Counted from the whole stretch's first letter, positions 50,368 to 62,517 are shown. The stretch: DNA of 62,984 nucleotides, filler included, from Octopus bimaculoides (GCF_001194135.2; 4 parts of 4 records of this genome joined end to end with filler, not necessarily neighbours in it), one strand, 5' to 3'. Notes: a model not told the origin generated them from the sequence alone. Numbers and translations are program-made.

Positions 50368-50933
50368 ATACTTTATATAACATTTCATATAATGGAACAC
50401 ATAATGCCATCTCTTTGGTGATAATTATTCTAAAATTACTAATTTGCAATTCAAATTCGGTATTTACCTGATTTTGACATACAAAGGTGTATGTAGTACT
50501 TAGATATAATTATACTGAACCGAACAAACACTTCTATTATTATAGTAACTTTATCTGAATCAACTCAATATTTTCTTTTATTTTAGACATATTATAATTT
50601 CGTTTGTCCTTTCACAACCACCAAACATTTCCCTTATTGCGTCTTCTACACACACACACACACACACACGCACGCACGCACGCACGCAAATATTTAACAC
50701 AACACATTTATAACAGCTTCTAATTTCCTTTATTATTCCATTCATATCTTATTCATTTAACGTGTCGCTTGCAATTACGATCAACAGCTTAATTTGGTAA
50801 GTTACTGTCCAACAGGATATTTAGTAATGGGGGAGACTCAGCAATGAAAGCAGACTGAAATTTATTAAAAGTTACACACAAACATACATTTGAAAATCCA
50901 GTACAAGAACACATACACATACACATACACATA

Positions 50934-51740
50934 CACCGGTTTACAGAGAAATTGAGATAAACATAAAAATAGTTGTTCTAGCCTTATTTTGGGTCGCTGA
51001 TTTCAGATACAAAACCAGTTTTCACTCATCACTTCTAGTTTTTGAGATATACATTATCACATTTTTGCGACAATTCATGTAACCATATATATGAGCAATT
51101 TTCATTTTGTTTTCCAGATTTTTGTGATACATATGATACATATCTCTACAACGGCTTCAGGCACTTCAAAACACCGAGAATGCATCAACAAGGCAAATTC
51201 ATTCTGCTATGTGTGTGGGGATTTCCCGACAGTTGAACAGTGTCAAACAATTGCTTCCCTCCTGAGAACTGCTTATTTCCATTATTTTGACTGTAAAATT
51301 GGAGATCAGGACAAATCCTGGGCCCCAGACATCTGTTGTAAACCCTGCTGCAAGCAATAGACTAACTGCATGGTTTAACGGTAAGAAAGTAGCCTTCAAC
51401 TTTGCTGTCCCGATGGTCTGGAGAGAGCCACGAATCCATGCAGATGATTGTTAGTTTTGCCTAACAAATATAACAGGTTTCAATGCTTCTTCTAGAAAAA
51501 AGATGAAATATCTCAACCTTCCCTCAGCTATGAGACCTGTTTCCCACTCAGATCTTCCTGTCAAGTTGATCTCTCCTGCCAAATTGATGTCTTCTGAAGA
51601 CAATGTCTCTGCTTATTCAGGAGCAAGGGACAATGTGCCCCCACTGAATCAAGCAGGAAGACCTGAATGACCTTGCCTGTGATTTGTATCTAAGCAGCAG
51701 TCAGAGCTCTATTTTCTTATTAATCTGAGAAAGTAATCCC
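50934..51740 (+). mobile_element. DNA transposon 5' part, probably Chapaev3-like (CMC)
   Basis: CAC start; Cys-rich ECINKANSFCYVCG...YFDCKIGDQDKSWAPDICCKPC...FAVPMVWREPRIHADDC*FC...SAMRPVSH. Family assignment is from memory. Confidence 0.6.
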
Positions 51741-52360
51741 CATCTGGTTAAGTAAAATATAGGTGGCGCTACCTAACTCTAAATATTCACAATGCATAAA
51801 GATTGGCAGATTATCGTTTGGTTACTTTGACACATCTTTCTCTCTGAATTATCTATGTTGCACTGAATTTTTTTTTATTATCAACCAATTTGTGATACGT
51901 AATTTCTTCAATCAATTTATTTACTTCTGTGCTAAACACACACGTGCAAATATTCATACTTGCAATTAGTTCGACTTGGAAATCAATGTAAACTTCTGTA
52001 TAGACAACATTTGTATTTATTTTTTCATTAATTTTACACACTTATAAGTATGTGAATCTGTTCTAGATTTACTGTCTTGTTTGTTTTAGAACACTAATAA
52101 TCATATACACCATGCACGCAACTTGTTGGCATGGAGACGTAAGAGCCATTGAAATACATTCAATTTCTCTTTGCATTTCTGCGCTTATCAGCTCATACAA
52201 ACATCACTGTTTTTCTAATGAGATGCAACAATAATATACACCTTATCTAAATATCTGCTGATATATGTTTAAATTTTAATTTATATATCTCAATTTTAAA
52301 TTACTATTCCTTCACTGTTTCATTCCTTGCCACAGAGTCTTATTGTGTTTTACGTTTTAC

Positions 52361-52550
52361 TTGTTTAATTCATTGGACTGCAGCCATGCTGAGGCAGCGT
52401 TCTCAAAGGCTTGGTCAAACAAACCAACCCCAGTACTTATCGTTTTATGTTTGGTGCTTATTCTATCGGTGTCTTTTGGCGAACTGCTAGGGAACCGGGA
52501 TTAAGCAGACCAACGCCAGTTGTTAAACGATTGAGAGGACAAACACAAAC
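52361..52550 (-). mobile_element. SINE family B 3' part, diverged
   Basis: TTGTTTAATTCATTGGACTGCAGCCATGCTG...CTTATTCTATCGGTGTCTTTTGGCGAACTGCTA aligns to 59351-59510. Confidence 0.8.
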
Positions 52551-52815
52551 ACATACACACATATACATATATATGCATACACTCAAACATACATACACAC
52601 ATACTTACATACATACATATATAAATACATACATATATACGTACGTACGTACTTTCGTTCGTACGCACATACATACGTCCGTTCGCACGCACACACACAC
52701 GTACATTATATGATGGACTCTCCGGTCGAAGACGACTCATGAGCGTTCAGTTTTTGCCGAACGACCTACACGAATGATTTGTTAAGAGTAATCAGATACA
52801 TACGCAGCCTCACTG

Positions 52816-52848
<33 letters not shown>

Positions 52849-53694
52849 GTGTGTATATATATGTATATATTCATAAAACATATAACACACACACGTACAT
52901 ATATATATNNNNNNNNNNNNNNNNNNNNNNNNNNNNNNNNNNNNNNNNNNNNNNNNNNNNNNNNNNNNNNNNNNNNNNNNNNNNNNNNNNNNNNNNNNNN
53001 NNNNNNNNNNNNNNNNNNNNNNNNNNNNNNNNNNNNNNNNNNNNNNNNNNNNNNNNNNNNNNNNNNNNNNNNNNNNNNNNNNNNNNNNNNNNNNNNNNNN
53101 NNNNNNNNNNNNNNNNNNNNNNNNNNNNNNNNNNNNNNNNNNNNNNNNNNNNNNNNNNNNNNNNNNNNNNNNNNNNNNNNNNNNNNNNNNNNNNNNNNNN
53201 NNNNNNNNNNNNNNNNNNNNNNNNNNNNNNNNNNNNNNNNNNNNNNNNNNNNNNNNNNNNNNNNNNNNNNNNNNNNNNNNNNNNNNNNNNNNNNNNNNNN
53301 NNNNNNNNNNNNNNNNNNNNNNNNNNNNNNNNNNNNNNNNNNNNNNNNNNNNNNNNNNNNNNNNNNNNNNNNNNNNNNNNNNNNNNNNNNNNNNNNNNNN
53401 NNNNNNNNNNNNNNNNNNNNNNNNNNNNNNNNNNNNNNNNNNNNNNNNNNNNNNNNNNNNNNNNNNNNNNNNNNNNNNNNNNNNNNNNNNNNNNNNNNNN
53501 NNNNNNNNNNNNNNNNNNNNNNNNNNNNNNNNNNNNNNNNNNNNNNNNNNNNNNNNNNNNNNNNNNNNNNNNNNNNNNNNNNNNNNNNNNNNNNNNNNNN
53601 NNNNNNNNNNNNNNNNNNNNNNNNNNNNNNNNNNNNNNNNNNNNNNNNNNNNNNNNNNNNNNNNNTATATACATATACATATACATATACACAT

Positions 53695-54060
53695 CAGGTA
53701 GTGGGTAGCGATTTTCGTCAGTACTTCAGGGAGTGACGGCCCTGCCTGACACGAATCCCAGGCTCAACTGGCTCCGGCTGGCAGTACCCGGTATGGGCCC
53801 CTATCCAGGGTTACGGAAAGGAGACAACCTTCAAAGAAATCCGGAGTGGAGCCCCGTAGGCGGTTTAGTGTTCGACTCGACACTCTTCCGGCAGCTCCTG
53901 CAACCAAGCAGGTCTAACGTAATGCTCTGCACTCCTTTGGACTACGTCAGCAAGGTCAAGTGAGGAATCCTGACGATTGGGCTACCCAGGATTTTCTTAC
54001 ATCTAGCCCAGGCCTGCGCAAAACTGGAAAGTACACTTCAGCGTTGCTATTCTTTTCAAC
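53695..54060 (+). mobile_element. GC-rich repeat, possibly an RTE-type LINE 5' UTR
   Basis: AAATCCGGAGTGGAGCCCC...GGCAGCTCCTGCAACCAAGC resembles RTE 5' regions (from memory); no ORF follows. Confidence 0.4.
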
Positions 54061-54239
54061 TTTCTTATACTTTTCTGATGATTCTGCTCGTACCAAGGAG
54101 GTAAATATTTTTCAACAGCTCTACAGAGCACTCTATTCCCATTTCCTTTATATTCCTCTCGATTCCTTCTGATACTGTCCCCAGAGACCCAACAATAATT
54201 GGTACTATCTTCACCTGTTTATTTCTTGACAGTTTAAAA

Positions 54240-54380
54240 AATGGTGGATTAGCAGAATCATTAGATTGCCGGAAAAAGTGCTTACAACGTTTCTTCCAGC
54301 ATTTTACGTTCTAAGTCCCTAACCAGTGTATGTCAACTTTGCCTATCACTCCTTCGAGATCGATAAAATAAAGTACTCGC
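54240..54380 (+). mobile_element. SINE family A, old diverged copy
   Basis: TAGCAGAATCATTAG head, TTTACGTTCTAAGT, GTCAACTTTGCCT, GATCGATAAAATAAAGTAC. Confidence 0.7.
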
Positions 54381-55458
54381 CAAAATTGCGAGACTTGAGC
54401 CGAGATTTGAGAATATTATTGGTGTTGTTGCTTTGGGTTTATTTGTTATTGATGACGAAGATAATGGCGGAGACGGTGATGGCTGTAGTGTTGTTGTCGG
54501 TGGTTGTATTTATATTTATTGTCACAATAACCATGAAACTAACTATTAATAATGACTTGACAGGGTTTTCTTTTTATTCTGTTCGTTGATCCCATTAACA
54601 TCTCGGCTCTATTCATTGTTATAGCATTGAATAGATATATTTCAATAAGGAACATTGCATGGAGTTAATGAATAACAAATATGATTCTATTATCTATGCA
54701 TGTATAATAGATAGAAAATATGACCCTATTGTGTATGTCTGTGTGTATATTATTCACATAATGCTCTATCTTGAATCTGTTCATACATGCATACATACAT
54801 ACGTACATACATACATATATACAAACATATATGTACATATGTATATATTTGTATGGATGTATGTATATATGTATATACGTATGTATATATGTGTATATAT
54901 GCGTGAATGTAACACACACATATGTACATATATATGCATATATACATGTAAAAACCTGAGTATGCACTTACATAAACACATGCACACACACAGACACCCA
55001 CACACACACATACACAGTATTTTGCAGCTGATATGTAGGAGATTCAGTACTTGCCTGTGGAGCGCATCATATAGTAAGCTGATAGACATGCAAGATATAC
55101 GTTTAATGCACGTGTAAAACCATTGATACATAATATGCTGATATAGACAGATATTTCTACTCGGACATTGAAATCTCAGGTTTCGTGTAGGCGTGCATTC
55201 GTCAGCAAAGAGAAAAAAAGATTTAGTTGGCTGATAAATCTATTTAGTTCGCGAAGAAGAGTGTAAGTTAGCAAATCACATGACACACCCGCGGTTTGGT
55301 AACTGAGACCAGATCACCGTCTACAAAAGGAAAATGATTGGTAAATTGATATTTCACTCATCTCCTTTTATATTAAAATGCAAAACCCGGGAACAAGAAC
55401 TTAATTCATGTTATTCAGAAATATATCTGAATATTTATTATTAATATAAATGCTACGA

Positions 55459-55655
55459 CCGGGCAGAATCGTTAGCACACCGGGCAGAATCGTTAGCACA
55501 CAGGGCAGAATCGTTAGCACACCGGGCAGAATCGTTAGCACACCGGGCAAAATCCTTACCGGCATTTTGTTCTGTATTTATGTTCTGAGTTCAAATTCAG
55601 CCGTGCTCGTCTTTACCTTTCATCCTTTCGGGGTTCATAAAGCAAATACTAGTTG
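55459..55655 (+). mobile_element. SINE family A with a four-fold tandem 21-bp head
   Basis: CCGGGCAGAATCGTTAGCACA x4 (55459-55542), then B-box GAGTTCAAATTC and CCTTTCATCCTTTCGGGG core. Confidence 0.9.
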
Positions 55656-56261
55656 AACTTGTACCAAAATTGGAAATCAATATTTATTATTTGTATACAT
55701 ACATACACACGAAAATATTACACGATGATTTACATACACAGATATATAACAAATATTTAAATGCATACCTACGTACCTCGGTGTACGCATTTGAAACAGC
55801 ATTGAGTTAAAATAGCCACCTGTGTATCACACTAAACATATACACGCCGTTAAAAGGCACGATGCTCTTGAAATGTCTGAGATAAAAATTTCTTCATGGA
55901 CTTATATTAAAAAATCAAAAGCAGTATATATCGGATGGAGAGGGACACCGTTGCTGCAGGGACACATGAGAAACATGGACTTGTTTCGCCTATTTTGAGG
56001 CCTACCGATGCAGTGCACTCGTTTACCATCCGCTTGAGCGGAATTTGTACCTCGATACATGAGAAACAATGAATAAATCATTCACTAGTATTGTGGAAGG
56101 ACTGCATAGTTATAGTAACATCTTTCCAGTAAACGTTTTATTAAGCGTTTCCTGTGTATCAAAGAATGAATTCCATTTAAGTAGGTGACAATCGAGTGCA
56201 CAACATTTACAAACCTTAAGAAAGGAGAAATGCGTCTGTCGTTTACGTGAAGTTGGTCTTA

Positions 56262-56638
56262 ATTCAGAATTTTCTTGCTGAAAAGTGAATTCGGAATCTT
56301 CAGTTCGGTATGGACATGTACCACAATTAGGTCGTCTGCATTTTTTAACTGTTGGTATCGTATGTATTGAGTATAGTCTTGCATTTGTTAGAAGTCTCTT
56401 GAGTGATTTGTATCGTCTTTTGCATTTGAGGAGTTTAATGTGTCTTTAGGATGTTGTTCATTTTCGGGTCTTGAGTGAGCAGAGGGAGATTTTGTATAAT
56501 TGTGTTGTATGCTTCATTGTTTCTGGATTTGTGGGTTGATATATATGGGAGTGATTTAAAGTGAGATGTGGTGTTTTGTTTTGTTGTCCGTAGTGTGTTT
56601 GTGTTCAATTTCTTGGCACATTTAATTCCATGATCTAT
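56262..56638 (-). mobile_element. Penelope-like fragment (thumb/linker with Cys motif), different clade from the 40-42 kb element
   Basis: LPYISTHKSRN...IIQNLPLLTQDPKM...KSLKRLLTNARL...VKKCRRPNCGTCPY; one frameshift. Confidence 0.8.
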
Positions 56639-56699
56639 AAGTGACGTTCAATGCGTGTTCATATTGAAAGGTCACTGAGTTGAAGCAATTCAAGGGATT

Positions 56700-57010
56700 G
56701 AAGACCCGTCAAGCCAAGTGAAATTATAGTCTTGGCCAATGCTGGTGTCACGTAACTGGCACCTGTGCCAGTGGTACGTAAAAAGTACCTTTCCAGCGTT
56801 GGGCCACACGGAGGCAAGGTGGCCCATCCGGTGACACGTGAATAGCCCCTTAGAGTGTTGGGCCTCACGGAGACAATGACGAATGACCGAGACCTTTGGC
56901 CTTATGCCGAGCTTGAAAAGACCCATCAAGTCAAATAAAATCGCAGTCGTGTCACGCAAATGGCACACGTGCCGGTGGCATGTAGAAATACCCATTACAC
57001 TTTCGGAACT
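56700..57010 (+). repeat. Interspersed repeat with internal direct repeats
   Basis: GACCCGTCAAGCCAAGTGAAAT..GTGTCACGTAACTGGCACCTGTGCC recurs at about 56920; GTTGGGCCACACGGAG recurs at about 56857. Confidence 0.7.
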
Positions 57011-57011
57011 A

Positions 57012-57575
57012 TGGGTACCCAACAGCAGACCTTGAAGCAATCCAGAGAAGCTGCACAAAGAAGATTGTATCTTTGCAACTTCTCAGCTACTGGGAAAGGC
57101 TGAAACAGCTAAGACTCTACTCCCTGGAGAGAAGGCGGGAGAGGTATGCAGTAACATATACATCTGGAAGATCCTGGAAGGAATTGTCCCAAATTTTGGC
57201 ATTGAAAGCTATACCAATGCCAGAACGGAACGACACTGCATAGTGCCAAAGATCCCAGCAACGCCATCGCGCTTCAGTACCAGTTACTGCAACAGCCTGG
57301 GTTCCAGGAGCCCACAGCTTTTTAATATCTTCCAAAGAGCCTGAGGAACCTGCAAAAAGTAGATGTAGGCGTTTTAAAATCAAAGCTGGACCTCTTCTTG
57401 TCGAGAGTCCCAGATGAACCTACCTCACGGCAAGAGGTGCAAATGAAGGTAGCTACATCAAACTCCATTCTTCGCCAAGTGCCGCATATTGGAGGAGGCT
57501 CTCAATAATAACAGTAGCAAAACGGCGGTGCATGAGCATGGCTGCAGCTCTGAGCTGAAACTACAGAAAAAGAAA
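57012..57575 (+). mobile_element. CR1-like LINE 3' end (ORF2 C-terminus + 3' tail)
   Basis: DLEAIQRSCTKKI...SYWERLKQLRLYSLERRRERY..IWKILEGIVPNFG...LFNI.PKSLRNL...KSKLDLFLSRVPDEP; stop at 57506-57508. Confidence 0.92.
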
Positions 57576-57578
57576 TAT

Positions 57579-57625
57579 GCATGGCCGCAATCAAATGACT
57601 GAAACAAATGAAAGAATGAAAGAAT
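57579..57625 (+). mobile_element. Isolated 3' tip of SINE family B
   Basis: GCATGGCCGCAATCAAATGACTGAAAC followed by GAAAGAAT repeats. Confidence 0.75.
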
Positions 57626-57815
57626 ATATATATGTATATATATATGTGTGTGTGTGTGTGTATATATATATGTATATATACATGCATAAATACATGCATA
57701 AATACATACATACATACATACATGTATACGTACGTATTATGCATGTGTGTGTGTGAATATTTATCGTGTCTCTCACAGAACATGGCAATGTCAGATGTGA
57801 TACGATGTACACAGA

Positions 57816-57874
<59 letters not shown>

Positions 57875-58480
57875 TATATATATATATATATATACCCAGG
57901 AAGTATACATTATTTCGCAGATGTGAAAGCGTGAAAATTGACAAATGTTTCCCGCTCTAACATTACAATAGTTTATACATTTGGGAGCTTTCACAATCTG
58001 TCGCAAAAGTTTGTCATATTTACCTCATCGTTGATGACATATATATACAGATGGAAGTGGCTTATCCTCCAATATGTATGAGATGAATATATTATTGTAA
58101 CTATTCTCACTGGCATGACTATTAATCATGTCGTAGACTTGTGGTACAGGTATATGTAAAACATTAATGGTGTTTACTCACATTTCTGTAGTGACAACGG
58201 CAAATAAGTTGAAATGTGTGTTAGATTTATTTATTGGTTAGTCTCTCGTTTTCGATTTTTATCCGAGAGCAGGTCTTCAATCTTTGTTTGGCTGTAATAG
58301 ATTTCGGTCCAGTCATGGCGGTGTGGACAAGTGATCGCTTTGTAACGACGTTTTTCATTCGTGTTCAGTTCCAAACTTTGGGCATGTATCCTCTGCTATA
58401 GCTCTGGGTAGAATAATGTCGTGTGAATGAATTTGGGAAACAAAAAATGTATGGAAGCGCATCGTATATGTATATATGTA

Positions 58481-58523
<43 letters not shown>

Positions 58524-58747
58524 GCATATATATATATGTGTGTGAGTATATGCGTATGTGTGTATGTGTGCATGTATGTATATATATGTATATATGCATA
58601 TATACATACATATATTTGTATATATGTATGTATGTATGTATGTATGCATGTATATGTGTGTATGTATGTAGGTATGTATGTATATATATGTATATATATA
58701 TATATATATATACATACATACGCACACATCATGTATATCTTTATTGG

Positions 58748-58925
58748 TTGAGATGCGTGGCTAAGTGATTAGGCCGTTGCGCTCATAATCATAGAATTGT
58801 AGTTTCGATTCCTGGATCGGGCGATGTCTGGTTAAGCAAATCCTCATTTCAAGTTGTTCCACACCATTCAGCTGGCAAAAAATGACCAATCCAGTGACGG
58901 AGCGGCGGCCTGTCCAATGGGTGTT
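58748..58925 (+). mobile_element. Diverged tRNA-derived SINE related to family C
   Basis: TGGCTAAGTGATTAG A-box, GTTTCGATTCC B-box, GTGACGGAGCGGCGGCCTGTCCA matching GCGATGGACGAGCGTCCCGTCCA at 50277. Confidence 0.65.
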
Positions 58926-59048
58926 ATATACGTCACGGAATCCAGGAAAGTGAAAGGACATTAGATTCGTTTTTATGTTTTTAATGAAATCTTTACAGAC
59001 GACAAGGGGTTCCACACGCAGGTACACACGCACACACACACACACACA

Positions 59049-59113
<65 letters not shown>

Positions 59114-59350
59114 ACGGTGTAGTTTGGATACATACATGCATGCACACACAAAAGCGGATGCGCTTTCAATCACATACCTTTGCACGCACGCATGTATTTA
59201 TGAATGTGTGTGCATATATGTATGTATATGTGTGTGTGTGTGTGTGTGTATGTGTGTGTGAGTGTGTGTGTGTGAGTATGTATATTCATTCACTCGAAGC
59301 TAAAGCTTCCCTCTCAGGTTACGACAAGCATCCAGTTTTTTTTTCTTTTA

Positions 59351-59926
59351 CTTGTTTCAGTCATTTGACTGTGGCCATGCTGGAGCACCGCCTTTAGTCG
59401 AGCAAATCGACTCCAGGACTTATTCTTTGGAAGCCTAGTACTTATTCCATCGGTCTCTTTTGCCGAACTGCTACGTTATGGGGACGTAAACACACCACCA
59501 TCGGTTGTCANNNNNNNNNNNNNNNNNNNNNNNNNNNNNNNNNNNNNNNNNNNNNNNNNNNNNNNNNNNNNNNNNNNNNNNNNNNNNNNNNNNNNNNNNN
59601 NNNNNNNNNNNNNNNNNNNNNNNNNNNNNNNNNNNNNNNNNNNNNNNNNNNNNNNNNNNNNNNNNNNNNNNNNNNNNNNNNNNNNNNNNNNNNNNNNNNN
59701 NNNNNNNNNNNNNNNNNCGGACACACAAACATATACACACACACATATATATATATACGCATATATACGACGGGCTTCTTTCAGTTTCTGTCTACCAAAT
59801 CCACTCACAAGGCTTTGGTAGGCCCGAGGCTATAGTAGAAGACACTTGCCCAAGATGCCACTCAGTGGGAATGAACCCGGAACCATGTGGTTGGTAAGCA
59901 AGCTACTTATCACACAACCACTCCTG
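59351..59926 (-). mobile_element. Full-length tRNA-derived SINE family B with internal microsatellite (gapped)
   Basis: Minus-strand head CAGGAGTGGTTGTGTGATAAGTAGC..CCGGGTTCATTCCCAC, GGCATCTTGGGCAAGTGTCTT, central CA/TA tract, tail GGCGGTGCTCCAGCATGGCCACAGTCAAATGACTGAAAC. Confidence 0.9.
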
Positions 59927-60944
59927 AATCTTTCACAGTTGCCTTGAAGAACTTGCGAGTAAGAAGATGTTCAGCTAAGCGACAAATTGAAGCTTCAGAC
60001 GAGAATTGAATATAAAACTGAAGGTTATATAATTAAGAATAACTAATTGAGAAAAGAAAAAAGAGCCAACAGACTCTTTCACTGAAATCTAAACACTTAT
60101 CGGTCATTCAAGACGACCGTTTTATCGATTTCACCATAGAAAGTCTGGCATCAGCTCATGTCAATTAAGGACTATAAAAATCCTTTCTGCCTGGGATTAT
60201 TTCTCGTAAATGTCTTATATGTAATTTTATATTTATAAAATCTTAACCATTAATGTATGAATTTTATCTATACAAAGACAAATAAAGGTATACTAAATAA
60301 TATACAAGAATAAATTCTTGATTTATTAAAATCACCTTCGCTTCTAGAGAAGGTAAACAAGTTGCTTGGTGGCAACTGGCACCGAATCAAAAATTCTTCA
60401 ATTGAGAAGCCATTGAAGAAATGAGTGTTTCATTGTCTGATGACAAGGAGAGATATGGACATTAACTTTTGCCTCAATAGGTGCCATCGTGTGTATGTGC
60501 ATGTGTGTGTGTGCGTGTGTATGTGTGTGTGTGTATATCCGTATATATATACACACACATATAAATACACACATATAGATACATACATATATACATATAT
60601 CTATACATACATAGATATATGCATACATACATACATACATACATGCATGCATATATACATACATACATACATACATAGGTATATACATCCATACATAAAT
60701 TCTCGCATACATACATATATACACACATACATATATACACACAAACATGCATTTATACATACATACATACACACATACATACACACATACATACATACAT
60801 ACATACATACATGCATACATACATTTATATAAGTATTTATGCATTCTTATTTTCTTTTCACTCTGCCAATTATACAATACTTAAGGTCTCCGGTTTAGAC
60901 ATGTCTTGGGCTGGTTTATTGAGGCAATACCTACACGCTAAAAA

Positions 60945-61093
60945 CACTTGCGTAGCTAGAGTGTGTCCCTTCCGTTTGCCGCACCCGGACCCCACAAAAA
61001 ACACATATTGCCTACAACAGACGTAAAAGTGGTACCCCTTTAAAAGTGCCGCCTGGAGTGGACTGCACCTACCGCTCCTTAGCTACGCTAGTG
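60945..61093. mobile_element. 149-bp MITE
   Basis: TIRs CACTTGCGTAGCTAG / (reverse complement) CACTAGCGTAGCTAA, 13/15 identical; no clear TSD. Confidence 0.7.
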
Positions 61094-61668
61094 CTTAAAA
61101 TATAGGATAGCACTCTCAATTGTGTTTCGCATAATTGAAAAGGTACGTTAGCCCCCGATCCATGACTTTCTAGACGAATTGTGACGGAGGTTGTTGAGTT
61201 TTCCCTGTTACTTGATCTGAAAGAACGGAAACGTTAAAGAAAACGACTCTAAAAATGTTCGCAGTTTGACTCATATAATTCCCCTCCATATCGTCCGGAG
61301 ATGCTGTGATTTCTGGGTTAGCGACTTCTTACGAACAACAAGATTCCTTGAGCGAACAGGTAGAGGGATTTTAATAGTTTAAATTTGGTTGAAGTCGTGG
61401 TAGCTATTTGCTGTTATATGTGAGCTATCACAATTCTTAAGAAAAATTAGGGACGAGCGAGTGGTACGCTTACCATTAAAATGGAGCAGCTCAGAGAATT
61501 ACCTTACACTTTAATGGTTCACGGAACTGTCGGGTTTGCCTAACTAAAAAGGATCCCTACCCCGAAGCAGTCTGCGACGTATCTTAACCTAAAATCTGAA
61601 GCTATTGTCAAGGGCATTTTGTCGAACGTTTTAACATTACGTTTTCTCAATATGATATTAATATTAAT

Positions 61669-62035
61669 ACAAGAGCACTCAGAGAGCCCAAACCCCCGCC
61701 AAGGCAACACCAACGTCCTCTCAACGATTAGCCGGAGATGATTTTTAAAATGAGAATATCTGAAATAAACTCGACTGCTCTCATAAACGAAAATGAACCC
61801 GACCGCTCTCAAAAATTAAGTAAAAAAAAAAAAACGGAAAAATAATCCAGAATCTTTGTCCGGTACCGGATCTATCCCAAATCTAATTAGTTCGTGGTAG
61901 TCACGAGGCCAAGCATCTCTCAAAGTTTTCATCCGAATCCATCCAGCGATTCTTCAAATATCTTATCCACGGACAAACAAACAAACAAACGCGACCGAAA
62001 ACAATACCCCTGCCTTCGCTAAGGCGGGGGTAATA
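61669..62035 (+). mobile_element. Non-autonomous Helentron/DINE-1-like element
   Basis: ACAAGAG start, (CAAA)n near the 3' end, terminal hairpin TACCCCTGCCTT-cgct-AAGGCGGGGGTA (62005-62032). Confidence 0.65.
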
Positions 62036-62073
62036 AAGGCAAGTTGTAAATATGTATGACGTGATAATGTTTT

Positions 62074-62285
62074 AAGGTGGTGAGCTGACAGAATCGGTAG
62101 CGTATCGGGAAAAATGTTTAGCAGTATTTAGCCTGTCTTTACGTTCTGAGTTCCAATTCCGCTAAGGTCGACCTTGCCTTTCGTCCTACCGGAGTCGATA
62201 AAATAAGTACCAGTTAAACACTGGGTCGATGTAATCGATTTACTTACTCCCCCGAAATTGCTGGTCTTGTGCCAAAATTTGAAAT
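62074..62285 (+). mobile_element. Full-length tRNA-derived SINE family A
   Basis: GGTGGTGAGCTGACAGAATCGGTAGC head, GAGTTCCAATTCC B-box, GTCGATAAAATAAGTACCAG core, GTGCCAAAATTTGAA tail. Confidence 0.9.
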
Positions 62286-62373
62286 GAATATTAATACTGG
62301 TAGAATCGTTAGCACGCCGGGCAAAATGCTTGGCGGCATTTCGCCCGTCCTTCATGGCCTTACTTGGCCTTGT

Positions 62374-62517
62374 GCCATTTCGTCCATTTTGTGCCATTTC
62401 GTCCAGTTTATGCCATTTCGTCCAGTTTATGCCATTTCGTCCATTTTGTGCCATTTCGTCCATTTTATGCCATTTCGTCCATTTTGTGCCATTTCGTCCA
62501 TTTTGTGCCATTTCGTC
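62374..62517. repeat. 19-bp minisatellite, 7 full + 1 partial copies
   Basis: GCCATTTCGTCCA(T/G)TTT(G/A)T units from 62374; follows a truncated SINE A head at 62297-62350. Confidence 0.95.

Noticed and set aside
53695-53830. HDV-like ribozyme in the putative RTE 5' UTR
   Set aside because: No L3/P1.1 signature could be located by eye.
55450-55656. ORF with (PGRIVST)n repeats
   Set aside because: It is the translation of the multimerised SINE head.
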